This document shows positions 59,833 to 64,000 of a DNA stretch of 64,000 bases, piece after piece; position 1 is the stretch's first letter; each line of letters begins with the position of its first letter. The stretch is from Acidimicrobiia bacterium (GTDB lineage Bacteria > Actinomycetota > Acidimicrobiia > Spongiisociales > JAENVV01). The position numbers were made by a program, and so were the translations under genes. The notes below the pieces were generated by a model. The model was not told the origin of the DNA. It saw nothing but the letters and a program-made list of their open reading frames with translations, and made no database searches. The stretch lies in contig JBFKPQ010000001.1 in the NCBI GenBank assembly GCA_041628225.1, positions 85,597-149,596 on the forward strand, in the 5' to 3' direction.

Positions 59833-60839
59833 TCTCCTCGTTGCTCCGGTCGCTGGCGGATGCCGGGTTCGGCTCGCTCGCCGTGGTGCTTCGCAACGGG
59901 GAGGAGCTTCCGGATGACCTCAGCGGAACCGACTTGGACGTATCGGTGCTGCCGGGCGCCGGACCCGCTGACGTGGTCCGCCTCGTCGACGAAGTCGGAC
60001 GGGCTTCCGGCTGGATGATGGTGCTCGAGAACAGCCGCCGTCACATCGCCGGCGCCAGCCTCCACCACCCGGCGACCGGAACGTCGGCCCACTTCGACGT
60101 GTTCGACGGTGTGACGGCCTACGGCATGCCGCTCCTGACGCCCGCCGACCTGGCCGACGAGACGGTTCTTCAGGGCGGCTTCTCGGTGCTCACCGGTCGT
60201 GGCGAGACCTTGGTCACCCTGCTGCATCACCTGTCGTGGAACGGTCGTCTCGGCAAGCGGAAGTACGTGGACGACGCACTGGCGGTACTCGCCGACGACG
60301 GTGCTTGGCTGCGCGTCCGGCTCGAAGCGGTGTGGGGCGCCGACGCATCCGAAGCCGTCTTGGCCGATCTCGTTGCGGGGCGGTTGACCGAGTCGGGAGG
60401 TTCGAGTCGCCGGCGTCGTCGGCGCCTCCTTGCGGCGCGGGCGCAGCGGCTGGGGTGGGGGAGAGCCGTCCGGTCGTATGGCTCGTATCTGGGAGCGCAG
60501 GCAGAGTCGCTGCGCCGTCCAGCCGGTGTGGTCGCAACGCCAGGAGCGCGTCTGCCCTCTGGACTGGAAGTCACCGCCGAGCTCGCCTGTGACGTCGCGC
60601 CGCACTCGCTGGCGGCGCCGTCGGTCCGCAGCGCCTCGGCGAATGTCGAGAACCGAAACGGCGAGCGCTATGTGTCGTCGGTCCGGTCGACCTGGGACCG
60701 CTGGCGGATCATTCGGTGGGTGACCCCTTCGGCGTTCCTCTGGTACCTGGCCAAGCGGGGACGCATCGTGATCCTCGATGAGGTCCCGGCTCTCATCCGC
60801 GTCGGCCAACGGCGCGGCTGGCCGTGGGTGGCCCGATGA
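59829..60839 (+). CDS. Hypothetical protein with possible minimal nucleotidyltransferase-like motif
   Basis: 336 aa, GTG start overlapping the previous stop. N-terminal NGEELPDDLSGTDLDVSV fits G-x(9-13)-DxD of the Pol-beta NTase superfamily (weak). Arg-rich segment SSRRRRRRLLAARAQR. Confidence 0.45.
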   Translation: MISSLLRSLADAGFGSLAVVLRNGEELPDDLSGTDLDVSVLPGAGPADVVRLVDEVGRASGWMMVLENSRRHIAGASLHHPATGTSAHFDVFDGVTAYGMPLLTPADLADETVLQGGFSVLTGRGETLVTLLHHLSWNGRLGKRKYVDDALAVLADDGAWLRVRLEAVWGADASEAVLADLVAGRLTESGGSSRRRRRRLLAARAQRLGWGRAVRSYGSYLGAQAESLRRPAGVVATPGARLPSGLEVTAELACDVAPHSLAAPSVRSASANVENRNGERYVSSVRSTWDRWRIIRWVTPSAFLWYLAKRGRIVILDEVPALIRVGQRRGWPWVAR

Positions 60840-62101
60840 CGACGCTCCGCCGGTCGGTCCCGTTCGGTCTGGCCGACGCAGGACTGGCGTCGCTCGCCAC
60901 GTTCGTGGCAGGAGGCTTTGCCGCGGCGGTCTTCGAAGAGCGGACCATGGGCGTGTATGCCCTGTTCTTCCAGGCGTTCATGTTCGGGCAGATGGTGTCG
61001 AGTCAGCTCGTGATGGTCCCCAACGAGATCGGCGTCGTCGATCATCCGGTCGATCGGCGGCTGTCGATGACCTACCACCTGCACCGGCTCATCGTGATGC
61101 CGGCGCTGCTGGCGGCTCTGCTGGTGCCGGTCGTGGCGTTCGCCACTGCGGCCGACGCCGAAGATGCGATCTTCTGGCCCATGCTCGTGACGGCCACGGC
61201 GGTCACGAGCATCAGCCCGATCCAGACACACGTGCGGCGCCTCCTGCACCTGGCGAACCGCTCCTGGGCGGCGGCCACCGTGTCGATGATCCAGGTCATG
61301 GTGATGGCGGCGACGCTGGCGCTCGGTCGCTGGCGCGGCATCCCGGACGTGTGGCTTCCGTTCGGATCCCTGGCGCTGGCCAACGTGCTGTCGTCGGCCT
61401 GGGGGTACGGGTGGGCCCTCCGGGCGGCCCGCGACCTGCACCGGATCCCACGACCCGCGCTCCGCCGTCTCGTGGGCCACGGCCGGTGGCTGCTGGCCAC
61501 AGGCGGGACGACGTCGGCAGCCGGGTTGGCGGTGGCGGTGGTCGTCAAGGCCCTCGCCGGACTCGAGGTGTTGGGACAGGCCGAGGCGGCCCGCATCCTG
61601 TCACAACCCGTGTTCGTCCTGGCGGTGGGCCTGTCGGCGGTGTACGGGCCGCGCTCCATGGAGGCCGCCAGTCTGAAGGACGAGGCGAGGGCCCGCCGGC
61701 TGCGGCGCGGCTTCGCCGCTGCGGTGGGCGCCATGGGCGTCGTCTACGCGGTCGTCGTGGCCGTTCCGTGGCCCTGGAGCCCGCTGCCGGGTTGGTTTGC
61801 CGGCGCCTACGGTGTCACCGGGCTTCTGGCGGTGTCGGTGGCGGGCAACTTGAGCCAGGGGCTGGTGTTTTCGCGGCGTTCCGAGTTGATGGGAGCCAAG
61901 CTCCTCAAGCAGCTCGGCCTGACCGAACTGGTCGGCAGTGTCGGTCGGCTCGTCACGGCTGCCCTGGCGGGCGTGATCGGAGCGTTCGCCGTTCCGCTCG
62001 GGCTCGTCGTCCTCAATATCGTGCGGTCGGTCCGCTACCGGGCACGGACCGACGAGTGGTATCAGGGATCGATTCGCACCGACCCGGCGTCGTTGCCCTG
62101 A
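60836..62101 (+). CDS. Polysaccharide flippase / MOP-superfamily (Wzx-like) membrane protein
   Basis: About 12 predicted TM helices, 420 aa. Located in the polysaccharide locus. Alternative ATG at 60824. Confidence 0.65.
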   Translation: MTTLRRSVPFGLADAGLASLATFVAGGFAAAVFEERTMGVYALFFQAFMFGQMVSSQLVMVPNEIGVVDHPVDRRLSMTYHLHRLIVMPALLAALLVPVVAFATAADAEDAIFWPMLVTATAVTSISPIQTHVRRLLHLANRSWAAATVSMIQVMVMAATLALGRWRGIPDVWLPFGSLALANVLSSAWGYGWALRAARDLHRIPRPALRRLVGHGRWLLATGGTTSAAGLAVAVVVKALAGLEVLGQAEAARILSQPVFVLAVGLSAVYGPRSMEAASLKDEARARRLRRGFAAAVGAMGVVYAVVVAVPWPWSPLPGWFAGAYGVTGLLAVSVAGNLSQGLVFSRRSELMGAKLLKQLGLTELVGSVGRLVTAALAGVIGAFAVPLGLVVLNIVRSVRYRARTDEWYQGSIRTDPASLP

Positions 62102-63546
62102 GCCTGCCACTCGGCGAAGGTCAAGAGGCTTCCATCCCACAGGAACAGATCGGCGTCGGCCGACACGACGTATTCGTTGTCATGGAAGCGGTTGTTCCAC
62201 TCGTCGTAGATGCCGGGATCGGGACCTTTGTGGTCGATACCGGTGATGCCCGTCGACGACACGATGCGGTTGTCGTGGACGTCGAGGTTGCGCACCTCGA
62301 ACGGTCCCAACGGTCCCTCGCCCCGCACCGGGTCGTAGAACCCCCACACCGCCCGCACCGCGTTGTCGACGATCTCGTTGCCGACGATCTCCACGTCTGG
62401 TGAACCCGAAACGAAGATGCCGTACAAGCCGTTGTTGCGCACCACGTTGTTCCGAATGACCGCCGCGTAGGAGATCTCGTGCGATATCCCGTGCCGCTCG
62501 TTGTGTTCGACGAGGTTGTCTTCGTAGACGACCCCCGTGTTCGAGCCGTCCACCCACAGCCCCGTGCCGAAGTTGTGATGGACGTGGTTTCCGACGATCC
62601 GAATACCCTCGCACTCGCCGAACTTCGTCCCACCGGCATCCCACGCGGGTTCGAAACCCGCCGTGTTGTTGTAGGCGATCTCGTTGTCCTGGACGAGGAG
62701 GTCGTTGGCCCGGAAGGCCGACATCCCGTAGGCGCCGTTGTGGTGTGTGTAGTTGCCGATGATGCGCGCTTCGGACCCGGCGCGGATGCCGTTGCCGTGG
62801 TTGAGCCGGGTCTCGTTGCCGACGATCGTCCATCGCCGGCCCTCGAAGGCGCGGATGCCGGTCTCGTACATCTCGACGATGAGGCCCTCGACGTGGACGT
62901 CATCGGCGGGTCCGTTGAAGGCGGCCACGGCGGCGATGCTCGCCTCGACGCGCCGGCCAGAAGGATCGTCGAACAGATGGATGCGGTCGGCTTCGTAGTC
63001 GAAGTACCAGGTCCCAGGTCCGAGATCGGCGAGGTCGGTCACCTGCCACAACATCACACCGTCGATGAACAGGTCCTCCGAGTGCTGGCAGCCGGAATAT
63101 CCCTCGATGCAGCGCAGGTCGCGCGGGGGACGTTCCTGATCCTGGCCCTCGGCCACCCAATGCCCCTCGAACCGTGTGAACTCGGTCAGCACCTTGGCCC
63201 CGTTGAGAATGGCCCCCGGCTCCCCGAAGAACCGGTCGCCGTCCTTGGGTGTGGCCACCTGCAGCCGGTGGATGCCGGCGGCGATGACGTAGGTCGTGCC
63301 GGCGGGATGGGCGTCGATCGCCGCTTGGAGGTCGTCGCCGACCTCCACACGCACGCCGTCGGGCAAGGACGCAGGAGGGATCGACGTCGTGGACGGGGCG
63401 GGCGGTGAGGTCCTCGGAGTGGTGGACCCGATGGCAGGCAACGACACCGGCGGATGAGCCGCCGGCGGCGTGTTGCGGCCCAGCGTCCACCAGGCGACGG
63501 CCGCACCGACCGCGAGCAACAGGATGACGATGAGTCGGCGGTTCAA
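62062..63546 (-). CDS. Secreted right-handed parallel beta-helix repeat protein (pectate-lyase-like fold)
   Basis: N-terminal TM/signal (LIVILLLAVGAAVAWW), Pro/Ser/Thr-rich linker, then repeated NxxxxNN beta-helix rungs (GNHVHHNFGTG, YEDNLVEHNERHG, IRNNVVRNNGLYG, IVGNEIVDNA, VHDNRIV). Confidence 0.75.
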   Translation of the reverse strand: MNRRLIVILLLAVGAAVAWWTLGRNTPPAAHPPVSLPAIGSTTPRTSPPAPSTTSIPPASLPDGVRVEVGDDLQAAIDAHPAGTTYVIAAGIHRLQVATPKDGDRFFGEPGAILNGAKVLTEFTRFEGHWVAEGQDQERPPRDLRCIEGYSGCQHSEDLFIDGVMLWQVTDLADLGPGTWYFDYEADRIHLFDDPSGRRVEASIAAVAAFNGPADDVHVEGLIVEMYETGIRAFEGRRWTIVGNETRLNHGNGIRAGSEARIIGNYTHHNGAYGMSAFRANDLLVQDNEIAYNNTAGFEPAWDAGGTKFGECEGIRIVGNHVHHNFGTGLWVDGSNTGVVYEDNLVEHNERHGISHEISYAAVIRNNVVRNNGLYGIFVSGSPDVEIVGNEIVDNAVRAVWGFYDPVRGEGPLGPFEVRNLDVHDNRIVSSTGITGIDHKGPDPGIYDEWNNRFHDNEYVVSADADLFLWDGSLLTFAEWQAQGNDAGSVRIDP

Positions 63547-63562
63547 GGCCGACTCACCCTAA

Positions 63563-64000
63563 TCAGTGGCCTTTGCTGAGTCCCAAGACGGCGGGAACCG
63601 TCTTCACGAGGAGTTCGACGTCCGTACGGAGACTCACCGTACGAACGTAATCGATGTCGATGTCGGTCCGTTCGTACATCGGTACGTCGAGGGACCGATC
63701 GGCGATCTGCCAGGGACCGGTGACGCCGGGCTTGACGAGATGCCGCTGGTGTTGCCAGGGCTGATACTTGGTCTCGACGATGTCGACGAGCTCGGGCCGC
63801 GGCCCGATCAGGCTCATGTCGCCGCGCACGACGTTCCAGAACTGGGGCAATTCGTCGATACTCCACGTGCGGAGGAATCGGCCGACCGCGGTCACGCGTG
63901 GGTCGTTCGCCGACTTGTGGACCTGCCGCCGGTCGCACTCGCGGCGGTCCCACGAATCAGAGCGCGACCGGGCCCTCCGATCGCCGTGCCGCCGGTCACC
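63563..64000 (-). CDS. Polyprenyl-phosphate sugar phosphotransferase (WbaP/bacterial sugar transferase), C-terminal part; continues beyond window end
   Basis: DPRVTAVGRFLRTWSIDELPQFWNVVRGDMSLIGPRPE is the signature of the Bac_transf domain. The reading frame continues upstream to the window edge. Confidence 0.8.
   Translation of the reverse strand, partial: GDRRHGDRRARSRSDSWDRRECDRRQVHKSANDPRVTAVGRFLRTWSIDELPQFWNVVRGDMSLIGPRPELVDIVETKYQPWQHQRHLVKPGVTGPWQIADRSLDVPMYERTDIDIDYVRTVSLRTDVELLVKTVPAVLGLSKGH

Overview
High-GC (about 70%) chromosomal window from an actinobacterium-like genome (dnaK/lon with a HAIR-like operator, MoxR-DUF58-TgpA triad, MprAB-like two-component system). It is almost entirely coding and mostly housekeeping. 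Main blocks in order: dnaK and lon divergent around a heat-shock operator; ogt; a XylFGH-like sugar ABC operon whose last, translationally coupled gene is a CRTAC1/FG-GAP/ASPIC protein; HMG-CoA lyase - PatB-like C-S lyase - ppa; a tightly coupled four-gene cassette (SPPY beta-class DNA methyltransferase with an uncharacterised C-terminal domain, an acidic 106-aa protein, a 345-aa unknown, a VOC/glyoxalase protein) abutting a decayed alpha/beta-hydrolase remnant and a NUDIX gene; gcdH - C45 acyltransferase-like - GNAT - CrtI-like oxidoreductase operon; HisA-like; aldo-keto reductase; OmpR-family response regulator, sensor histidine kinase and a small Zn-ribbon ORF; acyl-CoA synthetase; a Dpp/Opp-type peptide ABC operon; GNAT; amine oxidase; secreted S8 protease with poly-Pro linker and PKD domain; bipA; esterase; Na/Pi symporter; crotonase; MoxR-DUF58-TgpA; a tandem glycine riboswitch driving gcvT-gcvP; and an approximately 11-kb cell-surface polysaccharide locus (deacetylase, glycosyltransferases, epimerase, WecB/TagA, ligase-like, flippase, beta-helix protein, priming sugar transferase). 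No CRISPR, tRNA/rRNA or transposase/integrase was seen. The strongest candidate for something undescribed is the MTase-centred cassette at 12.2-15.6 kb. CDS coordinates come from the supplied ORF track with start codons re-picked by homology; small motif coordinates are hand-counted and may be off by 1-2 nt.
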